The translations under genes and the position numbers were made by a program. Shown here piece by piece: positions 63,371 to 64,000 of a stretch of DNA of 64,000 nucleotides (the stretch's first letter is position 1; each line of letters begins with the position of its first letter). The notes beneath the pieces are model-generated. The model saw nothing but the letters and a program-made list of their open reading frames with translations. It did no database searches and was not told the DNA's origin. The DNA lies in contig CAXXTB010000001.1 of assembly GCA_963676795.2 (NCBI GenBank), positions 896,001 through 960,000 on the forward strand. Direction: 5' to 3'. The DNA is from Geopsychrobacteraceae bacterium (GTDB lineage Bacteria; Desulfobacterota; Desulfuromonadia; Desulfuromonadales; Geopsychrobacteraceae).

Positions 63371-64000
63371 ATGACTGCTCAACAAAAACAGCTCTACCTC
63401 GTCGACGGTTCATCCTATATCTACCGCGCCTACTACGCTATCCGCCATCTGTCCAACTCCAGGGGGGAGGCGACCAACGCCGTCTACGGTTTCACCAATA
63501 TGCTGCTGACCCTGCTGCGCGAATATGCACCGGAACACGTTGCCGTTGTTTTTGACAGCAAGGGGCCGACCTTTCGCAAGGAGCTCTATCCTCAATACAA
63601 GGCCAATAGGGCTGCGATGCCGGAGGATCTGGTGCCGCAGATTCCGCTGATCAAGGAGGTTGTCAAAGCCTTCAATCTGCCTTGCCTGGAAATGCCCGGC
63701 TATGAGGCGGATGATATCATCGCCACCCTGACCCGGCGTTACGAGCAACAGGGGTTCGACGTCACCGTTGTTACCGGCGACAAGGACCTGATGCAGATCG
63801 TCAGCGAGCGGGTCTGCCTGCTCGATACTATGAAGAAGAAGGTCTTCCGCCGCGACGAGGTTATTGAGCGCTTCGGTGTGCCGCCTGAGCAGGTGCTCGA
63901 GGTTCTCGGTCTGGCCGGCGACACCTCCGACAATATTCCCGGGGTGCCCGGCATCGGTGAGAAGACCGCGGCGACGCTGATACAGGAGTTCGGCAGCATC
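63371..64000 (+). CDS. polA: DNA polymerase I (partial, 5'-3' exonuclease domain)
   Basis: Manual translation MTAQQKQLYLVDGSSYIYRAYYA..YKANR..EADDII..GDKDL..GDTSDNIPGVPGIGEKTA; runs off window. Confidence 0.93.
   Translation, partial: MTAQQKQLYLVDGSSYIYRAYYAIRHLSNSRGEATNAVYGFTNMLLTLLREYAPEHVAVVFDSKGPTFRKELYPQYKANRAAMPEDLVPQIPLIKEVVKAFNLPCLEMPGYEADDIIATLTRRYEQQGFDVTVVTGDKDLMQIVSERVCLLDTMKKKVFRRDEVIERFGVPPEQVLEVLGLAGDTSDNIPGVPGIGEKTAATLIQEFGSI

Noticed and set aside
62944..63372. 142-aa and 103-aa ORFs between lon and polA
   Set aside because: They are translations of the REP-like repeat (PLSLEGAGQGEG, PSPWRERARVRG), not credible genes

Overview
Mostly core-genome DNA from a GC-rich deltaproteobacterium. 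Gene content and order suggest Desulfuromonadales (Desulfuromonas/Geobacter-like); this is inferred, not database-confirmed. The first ~10 kb looks accessory: TRAP transporter genes with a divergent UxuR/FadR-type GntR regulator and its operators, an EEP-family hydrolase, a MITE-like element, and a TetR-AcrA-AcrB-OprM RND efflux operon. A long + strand housekeeping run follows: trpD-C-F-B, a DEAD-box helicase, trpA-accD-folC-lptD, ftsB-argS-SPOR, two tRNA-Met, tilS-ftsH-folP-cdaA-cdaR-glmM-pdxJ-acpS-nnr-CBS-tsaE, lysC-cimA and a 52-aa zinc-ribbon protein. Next is a - strand run: CpoB-like, LysM/TsaP-like, dprA, smg, topA, trmFO, maf, yggS, HAD phosphatase, MOP/ANKH-like transporter, efp, epmA and DUF2179. 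The right end holds U32 and M48 peptidases, trpS, an L,D-transpeptidase, a hybrid histidine kinase, an Lpp/OprI-like lipoprotein, lon and the start of polA. Most notable observations: (1) a candidate ~58-nt sRNA with its own sigma70 promoter, terminator and anti-Shine-Dalgarno loop; (2) an ANKH-like transporter co-transcribed with Maf and a HAD phosphatase; (3) an alanine-zipper lipoprotein ending in Lys near an L,D-transpeptidase; (4) an in-frame internal start in lysC for a beta subunit; (5) a c-di-AMP synthase operon with a standalone CBS protein; (6) an RNA helicase between trpB and trpA; (7) several MITE/REP-like intergenic elements. No CRISPR array, rRNA, prophage or intact transposase was seen.
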